A stretch of 64,000 bases of DNA, from contig CBDCTJ010000007.1 in assembly GCA_965222115.1 (NCBI GenBank), positions 2,016,001 through 2,080,000 on the forward strand. The letters are read 5' to 3'. Positions 10,385 to 19,705 of this stretch are shown in pieces. The stretch is from Planctomycetota bacterium (lineage in GTDB: Bacteria; Planctomycetota; PLA2; JAEUHO01). The position numbers and the translations under genes are program-made. The notes under the pieces are model-generated. The model saw only the letters and a program-made list of their open reading frames with translations. It ran no database searches and was not told the DNA's origin. Position 1 is the stretch's first letter. Each line of letters opens with the position of its first letter.

Positions 10385-11812
10385 ATGAACGAACGCCGAA
10401 CCGTATGCGCGCTCGCGATCGTAGCGCTACTGATCATAGGACTTGCGTGGCTATTGATGCGGGATGATGCGGTCGAGGTGCCCGAAGTCGTGACATCAGA
10501 CGTCGCGAGCGAACCCGCGGAACAACCGGTCGAGCTACTGTCCGGCGTTCCTGATGCACTTCGTAAGCAGAAGAAACCACCTGCGGAGAAGGCGCCCAAG
10601 AGTGCAAAGGAGACAACAAACGAATTGATGGGCATGTTGGGGGAGAAGCAGACCCCGCGCGTGCAGCCAGTGCCGAGCAAAGAACAACTCGACGAGATTT
10701 CGCTGTATGAGCCTGCGCCGCCCGGCGTGCTTATTGGCGCCGTGTTCGACGGCAAGGAACCGTTTTCGGACGGCGAAGCCGTTGTTTGGATGCAAGGAAA
10801 GAGTTTCGGCGCCAATGGGATTCCTGCAGGTGAGAAGCCTATTCGTGCTGTATCCCTTGGCAGCGACGGCGTGTTTCGCGTTGATGGGTTGGAGCCGGGC
10901 TACTACTACGTTGGCGTGCGTGCGCGCGGTGGGCCGCCTCGTCTTGGATTTCACAAACTTCTCGTTGGTCCGAAACCATCGCCGAAAGCGCTGTTCGTTC
11001 TCGGTACCGGTAGGCTGTTTGGAACGGTGTATGACGATCAGGGTCGTCCAGCGACCCATGTGTGGGTGCGTGCGTCTATGAGCGGAACCGCTGGGCGACT
11101 TGAGAGTACGTCGATTCAGCAGGTCCGCACCGATCGCGATGGCTCGTACTCGTTTGATCTTTTGCGTGCAGGCGGCGGTTGGCTTTCGGTTGCGTACTCC
11201 GGGAACTTCAATGACGACGCCACGACACCCTCACGGAAGTACTCGCTTCGCGTGGGACAGGAAAGACGGATCGACATCGGTACGCCACACGGCCTACGTA
11301 CGCTACGCGGGAACATCGTTACGGCGGGCGGCGTTCCCTTTCGAGGTCCGGGGAAGATCATAATTTCCGGTGGCGCGTCTCGGGGCTACGTCGTTACGCG
11401 CTATGCAGAAGATGGAACCTTTTCGCAAAAGCTCGCTCCCGGTGAATACAACCTCGCGGTGATGTTTCCCGACCCGACACGCCAACCCACGTCGGGCGGC
11501 AGATTCAACGTGAGGATTGGTGAGGAAGACGCAAGCACGACGATCACCATTCCGGGTACCCGGCTCACCGGTCGCGTCCATGATCGCGGCGGACGTGCCC
11601 CCCGCGCGACGAACGGTGTCACGTGGCGCACGCCCAAGAGTGCTTCTCTTCGCCTACGAGGATCTGCTCGTATTCGGGGCGACGGCACCTACACTATTGA
11701 CGGGCTCCCTCCCGCAACCTATCTCCTTCGTGCGCCCGGAAATGAAGTGGAAGTCGAAGTCGTCATTCGACCGGGCGATGAACGTGTAGCGCAAGACCTG
11801 GAAACACCGTAA
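10385..11812 (+). CDS. Membrane-anchored carboxypeptidase-regulatory-like domain protein
   Basis: ATG 10385 precedes a TM helix; GTVYDDQGRP, TDRDGSYSF, DGLPPATY motifs. Confidence 0.75.
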   Translation: MNERRTVCALAIVALLIIGLAWLLMRDDAVEVPEVVTSDVASEPAEQPVELLSGVPDALRKQKKPPAEKAPKSAKETTNELMGMLGEKQTPRVQPVPSKEQLDEISLYEPAPPGVLIGAVFDGKEPFSDGEAVVWMQGKSFGANGIPAGEKPIRAVSLGSDGVFRVDGLEPGYYYVGVRARGGPPRLGFHKLLVGPKPSPKALFVLGTGRLFGTVYDDQGRPATHVWVRASMSGTAGRLESTSIQQVRTDRDGSYSFDLLRAGGGWLSVAYSGNFNDDATTPSRKYSLRVGQERRIDIGTPHGLRTLRGNIVTAGGVPFRGPGKIIISGGASRGYVVTRYAEDGTFSQKLAPGEYNLAVMFPDPTRQPTSGGRFNVRIGEEDASTTITIPGTRLTGRVHDRGGRAPRATNGVTWRTPKSASLRLRGSARIRGDGTYTIDGLPPATYLLRAPGNEVEVEVVIRPGDERVAQDLETP

Positions 11813-11958
11813 TCAGGCCCAACGCCCCGATAAATAGGCCTTTCGTGGGCAATTCGGGACCTGATTCTCAGGAACCCCGTGTCCCTCCCTCTCCAACCCC
11901 TTGCGCAGGGCAGGGAGGCGGAGATAGTGGGGGCGTCACTCTCGGACGAGGATTTCTA

Positions 11959-12984
11959 ATGAATCTCAAGAAGCTGGTTGGCGCCTCGGCGCTCGCGCTC
12001 CTCATGGGCGCAGGAATTGTGTATGCGAAGGCAGAGGTGGGGGACGAAGCCACCGATGTCACCGCAGGCGACTTCATCAACATTGAACCCACTACGATGT
12101 TGGGCTTGAAGGGCCGCGTCATCTTTTTCGAGCTCTTCGGTACCACCTGAGGTCCGTGCGTTGCCCAGGTTGGGCATCTCAACAAGCTTCAGGAAGAATA
12201 CGACGCCAAGGGCTTTACCGTGATCGCAGGATCGGGTGAACCCAAGGAGAAGATAGAAGCCTTCGTCGCAAAGCACGACGCGAAGTATCCGATCTTTTGC
12301 AGTACGAAGGTCAACGACTATAGCGGGACCGGCATACCCCGCGTCGCGTTGATTAGCGCCGATGGGAAAGTTCTTTTCGTTGGTAGTCCGAGCGGTGTCA
12401 GTAACAGCATGATCGAAAGGGCGCTCAAAGACGTCAGCAAGCCCAATCGCATCAGCACTTGGGCCTTCACCATCAATAAGGCGCTCCCCGACGTTCCGGA
12501 AAAGATGAGTGCCGTGGTTAAGGATCTCGCCAAGAAGAAGTTTGGCGCGGCGCTCAAGCGTGCCGAGGGCATCGCCCCTAAGCTCGAAGGTGACGACAAA
12601 GCCAACGGTGATACGGTTGTTGAGTGGATTCGAAAGCGCGCCACCGACAATATGGATCAAGCCGCCACACTTGTTTCGGAAGGCAAGATTTTCGCTGCCC
12701 ACAATCTCTACGAGACGATTGAAGATGAGTTCAAGGGCCACGCATTGAGCAAAGAAGCGAAGGCCGCGTGCAAGGAACTCTTGTCCGACAAGGCCAACAA
12801 GCTTGAGGTCAAGGCGGGCGAGAAGTTTGAAGCACTTAAAGCCGAGGCTCGCAAGGAACGCACCGCCGAAAAGAAGATCGATGTTCTAAAGGCCATGCTT
12901 TCCAAGAAGTATGCCGAGACGGAAGCGGGCAAAGCCGCCGCCAAGCTCATCGAGAAGATCAAGGCAGGACCGAAGAAGAAGTAG
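11959..12984 (+). CDS. Exported TlpA/redoxin-family thioredoxin-fold protein with UxxC motif (probable selenoprotein; TGA at 12148-12150) and a Lys-rich helical C-terminal domain
   Basis: ORFs 11845..12150 and 12220..12984 share a frame; read-through gives LFGTT-U-GPCVAQVGHLNKLQEEY, with TGA at the first Cys of CxxC; cis-Pro loop GIPR; GAGGA RBS; signal peptide. Confidence 0.82.
12151..12180 (+). promoter_or_regulatory. Putative bacterial SECIS element
   Basis: Hairpin TGCCCA-GGT-TGGGCA (12162-12176) starting 11 nt after the in-frame TGA, with G in the apical loop. Confidence 0.65.
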
Positions 12985-13033
12985 TGTATCGAGCCCATGC
13001 GCGACGCTCGCGTCGCAACCGTCCATAAGAAGA

Positions 13034-13060
13034 CGGGGCCGACGAAAAACGTCGGCCCCG
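13034..13060. terminator. Probable bidirectional intrinsic terminator
   Basis: Perfect 11-bp stem CGGGGCCGACG-AAAAA-CGTCGGCCCCG between convergent genes, short T-tracts on both sides. Confidence 0.75.
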
Positions 13061-13096
13061 CTTTGGGTTTTGAGGATGGGTTGCTACGCGCGGCCG

Positions 13097-14932
13097 CTAG
13101 ACACCTCGGAGTATCTTGATTTTGGTCCCTTTGAGGACCTTAGTGCCTGCCGCGGTGAACTGCTTCTTGATCTTGAAGCCGCCAAAGCCCAAGAGTTGCC
13201 ACTTGAGGCCCTTGGCGAGCAAGGCTTGCTTGGCTGCCGCCACAGTCATGCCTTTGACATTGGGCACCTTGACTTTGATCAGTTGACCCGGGATCAAGAC
13301 GAGCTTGAACTTGTAGGTCATCTTGACGGTCTTGCCGATTTTGAGCATGGTGCCAGGCGCGGGGCTCTGCGTCTTGACGACCTTCACACCCACACCGTTC
13401 GCGGGACCGAAGAACTGTGTCTTGAAGCCGGCAGCGACAAGCTTGTTCTTTGCCTTTGTGGTCGACAGACCAATCACGTTGGGCACCTTCTTTGTTAGGG
13501 GCAGGATGATCATCTTGAACTTATAGGTCATCTTGACGGTCTTGCCGACCGCAAGCATGGTTCCAGGCGCAGGACTTTGAGTCTTCACGACCTTCACGCC
13601 GACACCATTGGCGGGCCCAAAGAACTTCGTCTTGAAACCAGCGGCAATCATGATGTTCTTGGCCTTGCTCGTGCTCTTGCCAATGACATTCGGCACGGGC
13701 TTCTTGAGCTGCAAGATCAACGGCTTGTTCTTGTAGACAACCTTGACGTTGGATCCCTTAGCTAGGTAGGTACCCGCCGTGGGAAGCTGCGAAATGACCT
13801 GCGTGGTGAACATTGGCGAGGGCGCGGGACCACTCAAGACGGGCTTGAGCGACGCGGCCTGAACCTTCTGCTTTGCGGTGATCTTCTTGAGGCCGATCAC
13901 ATTCGGCATCTTCGCGACGTACGGAAGATAGAACGTGATGCGTGTTCCGGGATTGACGAGCGATCCAGGGGCACGACTCTGCTTGAAGATTCGCTTGATG
14001 TCGCGATTGGGACCAAGCGCCTTACGCTTCTTGTAAAGCAGGCCACGGGCAAGCAACGCCAAGCGCGCTTCATTGGGCTTCATGCCACTCAGATTGGGAA
14101 CTTTGGACTTAGCCATGGACGGGGGCTTGACCGCAACAATGATTGTTACATCGCTACCGTAGCCAACAATCGAACCCGAAGCGGGCGACTGCGAGAACAC
14201 GCGCCCCTTGGGCCAGTTCGAGATTTTGCGAACGATGCTCACGCCAAAGCCAAAGGCTTCCAAGTGCGACGCCGCCGCAGCTTCCGACAAACCGCGCACG
14301 TAGGGGACTCGTGCTTGCGTGGGAATCTCAATCGGCTTGGCGATCTCAATGCGCACTTCGGTGCCAAGCGGAAGTTCGGTGTTGGGCGCCTGATCCTGGG
14401 CGATCACAGTGTTGGGTGTGCGATCGGCTGCCGAAACGAGGAAAAAACGTGGCGTGAAACCAAGTTCAACCAACGCGAGCTCAGCATCGGCCATGGAACG
14501 ACCCAAGAGATCGGGCATGACCGCCATGGCCAAGTCGCCTTCGTCTCCAGGCAGTTCCGGATCAGGAAATTGATCTTCGCCGCCCGGTACGGGGGCTCCG
14601 CCATCCGGTGCACCGGCATGTTCAATCACTCGCAAGACTACCTTTGAGCCGCGCAGTATCTCGCTGCCACTCTTGGGATCTTGACCAATGACCGTACCGG
14701 GCGCTGCCACGTCATCATTGACGTGAACGATCTCGGCTTCGAGTTCTCGCTCGCTGAGGAGGGTGAGCGCGTCGGCTTCACTCTTCCCAATGAGCCCGGG
14801 GACTTCGGTGGTGTTGTCTTCACTCGCGTGAACGGGGTGAATCACCAGGGTTAGTAAACACAGTGCTGCGAGTGTCGATGTAACGGACTTTCGCAGCGCG
14901 AAGGATCGAGTCGGGGTATTGAGGCGGGACAT
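13097..14932 (-). CDS. Exported multi-PASTA-domain protein (8 PASTA repeats)
   Basis: Signal peptide ending VHA; eight (V/M)PxxxG..xxA repeats with Q.P..G signatures; GGAG RBS. Confidence 0.85.
   Translation of the reverse strand: MSRLNTPTRSFALRKSVTSTLAALCLLTLVIHPVHASEDNTTEVPGLIGKSEADALTLLSERELEAEIVHVNDDVAAPGTVIGQDPKSGSEILRGSKVVLRVIEHAGAPDGGAPVPGGEDQFPDPELPGDEGDLAMAVMPDLLGRSMADAELALVELGFTPRFFLVSAADRTPNTVIAQDQAPNTELPLGTEVRIEIAKPIEIPTQARVPYVRGLSEAAAASHLEAFGFGVSIVRKISNWPKGRVFSQSPASGSIVGYGSDVTIIVAVKPPSMAKSKVPNLSGMKPNEARLALLARGLLYKKRKALGPNRDIKRIFKQSRAPGSLVNPGTRITFYLPYVAKMPNVIGLKKITAKQKVQAASLKPVLSGPAPSPMFTTQVISQLPTAGTYLAKGSNVKVVYKNKPLILQLKKPVPNVIGKSTSKAKNIMIAAGFKTKFFGPANGVGVKVVKTQSPAPGTMLAVGKTVKMTYKFKMIILPLTKKVPNVIGLSTTKAKNKLVAAGFKTQFFGPANGVGVKVVKTQSPAPGTMLKIGKTVKMTYKFKLVLIPGQLIKVKVPNVKGMTVAAAKQALLAKGLKWQLLGFGGFKIKKQFTAAGTKVLKGTKIKILRGV
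13304..13696. repeat. Intragenic 210-bp-period tandem duplication (PASTA 6 and 7)
   Basis: FFGPANGVGVKVVKTQSPAPGTML..GKTVKMTYKFK occurs twice; DNA near-identical at offset 210. Confidence 0.9.
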
Positions 14933-15114
14933 GGCCGGTGCTCCTTGAGGGTGGGTTCCGGGATTGGCCCTAGGAATCGCAAGGAGTGTGCCGAACTCGC
15001 GCGGGCTCGTCGTAAATATCTGTAAAATAAATGGTTACGAATATTTGGCGCGCTCTAATGTGGCGTCCGTTGTCTCTGGGAGAGACGGCCTGAGTCCCCA
15101 GAAGGCGACCGTGC

Positions 15115-16821
15115 CTATTCGATGTAGCGGCGCGAATCGAGGGCGTCGAGCAGGAAGGAGACTTCGCTACGCATGGTGGGGTCGAGCTTGGCCGCGTAGG
15201 TCTCAAACGCCTTCGTAAAGTCCGTTTCAACTTCACGCTTAGGCGCTTCGGTCCACGAGTCGTGGGCAGTACGCCATGATTGGAAGCGAGATTCGACCCA
15301 GGCCTTTGATCGCGGCTCATGATGGGTGGCGGCAAACTCAATCAAGCTGGCGAGCGGTGCCCAGTTGCCCTTTGCAAGCAACGCCTCCAACGCGTGCTTT
15401 CGCACGTGTGCAACCGGCGACGTACGCACCAGGCGTCGAAGGTGTGAGGCCGAGACCATGTGTGGGTGCTCTCGAATGACGTCAAGTGCTGTGTGACTTA
15501 CACGCCCCGACTCATCAGAGAGTGCTTCCAGAAACACATGGCTTGAGTCAAGTGGTTTGAGTGCTCCGATGCCCGTAATTGCACTGGCGCGCACACGTGA
15601 CCGCGGATCCCTTACGTGCTCAAGTATGAAGGACGCATCGCTACCGGTCCCCACTTCACGGAGTCCATCGAGGGCCGCCGCAAGGGTGCGCGCGCTATCC
15701 GCCTTGATGGCCGCATCGCGATAGAGCGTGGCGAGATCGTTGTCGCTTCGATCGAGTAGTTCTCGTTGGCAGTAGCCTCGGATCCGTGGCGAAGCGTCAA
15801 TCAGTAGTCGACTGAGGGAACGGATGGCAGCATCGTCACTTGCATGAGCTGTACGGTAGCCCAATGCAACGAGTCGGTTGCTCTCGCACGGGTCCGTTTC
15901 CAATGCATCAAGGACGTGATCTCGCTCCTTGAGCGTGAGGGACGAGGTTAGCGCCTCAATGAGGTAGCGGCGAACACGCGCTTCCGATCGATGAAGGGCA
16001 GTATGCAAGAGTTGATCGCGGTCCTCGGCTTGCGGGCTAAGGCGGATGGTCAATGCCTGCATGGCCACGTGCGGTGGTGCAGATTCGATATGATGCCGCA
16101 TGGCGTTGCTTCGCGGTTCACGCGCCAGTCGGGCTGTTGCCTCGAGATAGAGGTCTTCGTGTGCATGTCTCTTTGCACCGCGTAAGCGCAAGAGAGAAGG
16201 AAACGCCAAGGCCCAGTCTTCAATACACGCGTGCGCGAGCATGTCGTCAATGGAATCTCGCGCGATATCGCGCACGTTATCGACCCAATCATTGAGTCGC
16301 AAGAGCGTACAGCCTAGTGCGTGACGACTTCGCTCGTCGTGCGCCGCCTTTGCGATACCTCGCAGGCCGTGCTCACGTATCCAGCCACTTGGATGCATCG
16401 CAGCCAAGACGTTGAGCGTGGGCTTCGGAAGTCCAAGCACGTCGAGATCTTCGATGGCCTTGGCATCGTGCCACGTGGAAGCGAACGGGCCGGTCTCACG
16501 CATCTTGCCGTCGAGATCAACAACGAACGCCGGATCAAGCGCTTCAAGCGTCTTGGCAATGAACCCAGGATCAACCTTGCGCGCGAAACGCATGGGGCGC
16601 GTGACGTAGGTCCACAAGGTATGGATCGCGTCCTTGCCCACCGGGATCGGTGTTGAGGAGACCTTTGGGATTTCCGTTTTGACCGGGGGCGGTAGTGGAG
16701 GTTGGACTACCGGCGTAGACGGCTCGACCGAAACGGGGGGCGCGGATGACGGATCGCTCCTACGCTCGACCGGTTTGGGCCGAAACAGCGAAACGAACCA
16801 CCGGTACATGCGCCGAAACAT
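15115..16821 (-). CDS. HEAT-repeat protein
   Basis: Repeated DxxxxVRxxA-type helical motifs (NDWVDNVRDIA, DPRSRVRASA, DESGRVSHTA). Confidence 0.7.
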   Translation of the reverse strand: MFRRMYRWFVSLFRPKPVERRSDPSSAPPVSVEPSTPVVQPPLPPPVKTEIPKVSSTPIPVGKDAIHTLWTYVTRPMRFARKVDPGFIAKTLEALDPAFVVDLDGKMRETGPFASTWHDAKAIEDLDVLGLPKPTLNVLAAMHPSGWIREHGLRGIAKAAHDERSRHALGCTLLRLNDWVDNVRDIARDSIDDMLAHACIEDWALAFPSLLRLRGAKRHAHEDLYLEATARLAREPRSNAMRHHIESAPPHVAMQALTIRLSPQAEDRDQLLHTALHRSEARVRRYLIEALTSSLTLKERDHVLDALETDPCESNRLVALGYRTAHASDDAAIRSLSRLLIDASPRIRGYCQRELLDRSDNDLATLYRDAAIKADSARTLAAALDGLREVGTGSDASFILEHVRDPRSRVRASAITGIGALKPLDSSHVFLEALSDESGRVSHTALDVIREHPHMVSASHLRRLVRTSPVAHVRKHALEALLAKGNWAPLASLIEFAATHHEPRSKAWVESRFQSWRTAHDSWTEAPKREVETDFTKAFETYAAKLDPTMRSEVSFLLDALDSRRYIE

Positions 16822-16993
16822 CTCGAAGTTTTTATCGACTAGCTAGCCCAAGAGATAGCGCGTGGTCTCCGGTTTCAATTACGAACAAAATACGTACGAT
16901 AGGCCTCCCGGTGCGGCGCGGCATCCCTTGAGTCCTCCAATGCTCGCGATCACCATCTCTCGCGGGGCCCCAACCACGTCCGGAGCCAACTCG

Positions 16994-17800
16994 ATGAACC
17001 GTTCGTTCTCTTTCGTCCGCACGAGCGCGATCCTCGCCGCCGTCCTACTTCTACTCGCTTCTGCGTGTGGAAGCCAAACTCGCGATCCATTCGCCAACGA
17101 GCTGGGCTGGGACTTGCGCGCTTTGCCGAGCTATGGCACTGTGCAGCGGGAGATCAAGACGCCCGGGGATGGCCTCATTCTGGTAACGCAAGATGGCGAA
17201 GGTGAGCCTGCCGGTCCATCCACACCACTCACTTTGCATTATCAGATCTATACCGCCGACGGCGTGCGGCGTGACCGTGGTGTGTTTGAGGGGCTCACGA
17301 CGGCGAGCAAGCGTGAGGGAGAGGGATTTCGTCAGGGATTGGCAGGTATCAAACGTTGGGAGCGAAGGCGTATTCTTGTTCCTGCGGCATTGGCGCGAAA
17401 ATCCTCGAAATCGCGTCGCTACGTGCCCTCAGACCAAGATCTTGTATACGACATCCAATGGGCGGTGCTTCGCATCGAAGACCAAACAGTTGGAACCGGC
17501 GAGATCCTCAACGAAGGAGACGTGTTCGAGGCCGACTACCGACTCACGCTGGACACCGGTGAAGAAATGGCCAATAGTTTCAAGGATGGCCAGCGAATTG
17601 AGAATAGCCCGCTCAAAGCCCCCGGACTCATTGAGGGTTTCGTTGAGGGGGCAAAGGGCATGCGCGTGGGCGGGCGCAGGACGTTTTGGGTGCCGTGGCA
17701 TATTGGCTATGGGGCAAAGGTAAGCCGCAAGATTCCCGCCTACTCCAACCTCACCTTTGAATTGGCGCTCCACGCCGTGAAGAAGCCCAAGGCCAAGTAG
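16994..17800 (+). CDS. FKBP-type peptidyl-prolyl isomerase lipoprotein with two FKBP domains
   Basis: Lipobox LASAC; LIEGFVEGAKGMRVGGRR..VPWHIGYG..IPAYSNLTFEL; first domain degenerate. Confidence 0.85.
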   Translation: MNRSFSFVRTSAILAAVLLLLASACGSQTRDPFANELGWDLRALPSYGTVQREIKTPGDGLILVTQDGEGEPAGPSTPLTLHYQIYTADGVRRDRGVFEGLTTASKREGEGFRQGLAGIKRWERRRILVPAALARKSSKSRRYVPSDQDLVYDIQWAVLRIEDQTVGTGEILNEGDVFEADYRLTLDTGEEMANSFKDGQRIENSPLKAPGLIEGFVEGAKGMRVGGRRTFWVPWHIGYGAKVSRKIPAYSNLTFELALHAVKKPKAK

Positions 17801-18020
17801 CAACGATTGAAGAAATCGCTAGCGCGTGAACCAGACCGCAGCGGGCACGAGAATGCAGTTGAGTGCGAGTAGGATGAAGCGCAGTCGTGCGATACTCATG
17901 TGTCCCCATTTTCGTCCGCTTGGCGTCTGGACCTGCGGAGAAATTTACGTCAGACCGATTTGGGCGGGTCGGTCGATCCTCGTACCGTGATTTGACGCGC
18001 GACTCGCTGGGTGGCCGCCA

Positions 18021-19538
18021 GTGAAACGGAGCAAGCGAGCACCCGAAGTCCGTGCGGTGCTTGGCGTGGATCTCGGTACGACGTCGGTCAAAGTAGTCGC
18101 GTGTGCCCTCGACGGCAATCCGCTCAGTTCGACAGGGGCAACCATACCGCTGATAGCGCAAACACCGCTTCAAGCGGAACAAGATCCCGCGGCGTGGTGG
18201 GACGCGACACGTCGCGCCATGGCCTCCTGTGTTTCGGAGTTGCGAAGCGTCTCACCGAATGCAAGTGTTGAAGCGATTGGGCTCACCGGGCAAAAGCACG
18301 CACTGTTACCGCTCGATATTGCGGGCGTTCCACTCTCCAATGCGTTCTTGTGGGCGGATGGTCGCGCGGTCGAAGAAGCGATTGAAGTGCGCAATGTGTA
18401 TCCGGCGATTCGACGCCGTTCTGGTTCACACGCACTTCCTGGATACATCATTCCCAAGTGGCTCCGTTGGATGCGCGCACATCCAGTCGTGGCAAGTGAG
18501 ACCGCCCATCTTTGTTTCGCAAAGGATTGGATTCGCTACAAGTTGTCAGGGAGCTTCGCCACCGATCGCACGGAGGCATCGGCAAGTCAGATTTATGACT
18601 TCCGATCCAACAGTTGGGCCACGCCGCTTGTGACGGTGTTTGAAGTACCGCCCGATGCCTTACCACCCGTGCTGCCATCATCGGGGCGCGCGGGTGTCCT
18701 GTCAGAAGATGCTGCCGACGCCCTTGGCTTAGAAGCCGGCATACCCATTGCGGCGGGCGCGGGAGACAACGAGGCGGCGGCACTTGCAGCGGGCGCAATC
18801 GACGACGGAAACGTCGCGGTTATTCTCGGCACGTCAGGAACGGTGATTGGTTGGGGCAAACGCCGCGCGCCCGCGGGTGGTTTGGTGTGGTGTCGCCACG
18901 TAATTCCACAGGGCTATGCGGCTACGGGCACCGTACTCAGTGCCGGACGGGCATTAAACTGGGCGCGTCATACGTTTTTCCCCGAAGGCACGCGCATGGT
19001 GATGGCGCTCCAAGAGGCGGAACGCTCCCTCCCTCGCGGCGCGGCGCCCATCTGCCTCTCGTCGTTGGTTGGCGAGCGCAGCCCAACGCCCGATCCGCTT
19101 GCGTCCGGGTGCTTCTTCGGCCTGCGACCAGGTCACACACGTGGCCATCTAATTCGTTCCGTGCTCGAAGGTGTCGCGGTTCAAATCGGCGACATCGTTC
19201 GTCTACTGCGTGGTGTCGGCGTGGACGTAAGCGAGTTGCGATTGACCTCCGGTGGCGCGGCTTCACCACTCTGGCGTCGATTTATCGCGGCGGCCGCGGA
19301 TGTGCCGGTCCGGATGTTTCCCCAGGCCCGCAGCGGCCCGGCGCGTGGTGCGGCGTGCATCGCCGCAGCGATGGTGGAGGGCGCGCGCGATCTACGATCG
19401 TGGTCAACGCAGTGGGTCAATCCCGAGGCTCTCGAGGAGCCGATTCCAGCCGAAGTGTCGCGCTTCCAGGAGATTGGCGCAATTCAACGCAGCGTGCGCA
19501 TGGCACTGCGCGGCGTGCCTTCCGCCCCTCGCGAGTAA
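18021..19538 (+). CDS. FGGY-family sugar kinase (xylulokinase-like)
   Basis: LGVDLGTTSVK, EQDP..WW, GAGDNEAAA, ILGTSG, GERSP, SGG motifs. Confidence 0.85.
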   Translation: MKRSKRAPEVRAVLGVDLGTTSVKVVACALDGNPLSSTGATIPLIAQTPLQAEQDPAAWWDATRRAMASCVSELRSVSPNASVEAIGLTGQKHALLPLDIAGVPLSNAFLWADGRAVEEAIEVRNVYPAIRRRSGSHALPGYIIPKWLRWMRAHPVVASETAHLCFAKDWIRYKLSGSFATDRTEASASQIYDFRSNSWATPLVTVFEVPPDALPPVLPSSGRAGVLSEDAADALGLEAGIPIAAGAGDNEAAALAAGAIDDGNVAVILGTSGTVIGWGKRRAPAGGLVWCRHVIPQGYAATGTVLSAGRALNWARHTFFPEGTRMVMALQEAERSLPRGAAPICLSSLVGERSPTPDPLASGCFFGLRPGHTRGHLIRSVLEGVAVQIGDIVRLLRGVGVDVSELRLTSGGAASPLWRRFIAAAADVPVRMFPQARSGPARGAACIAAAMVEGARDLRSWSTQWVNPEALEEPIPAEVSRFQEIGAIQRSVRMALRGVPSAPRE

Positions 19539-19705
19539 GCCCTGCATCGCGAGCGATCCGACCACTTGTAGTTCTGTCGATGGCGGCTCGGGGGCTTACA
19601 ATCCCGCCCGTTCGCCGCGGGCCGGCTCGCACCAACGCGAATGAAATGGGCGTCGTTGTTGCCCGTTTCCCCACGGTGCTGGGCCACGTACGAGATCTTC
19701 GAACC

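Noticed and set aside
11959-12984. Pseudogene or alternative genetic code
   Set aside because: A single TGA exactly at the catalytic Cys position with a hairpin and intact downstream frame; TGA acts as stop in neighbouring genes
18851-19705. N-terminal extension of the 899-aa ORF
   Set aside because: Overlaps the FGGY kinase in another frame; oxidoreductase similarity begins only near 19706
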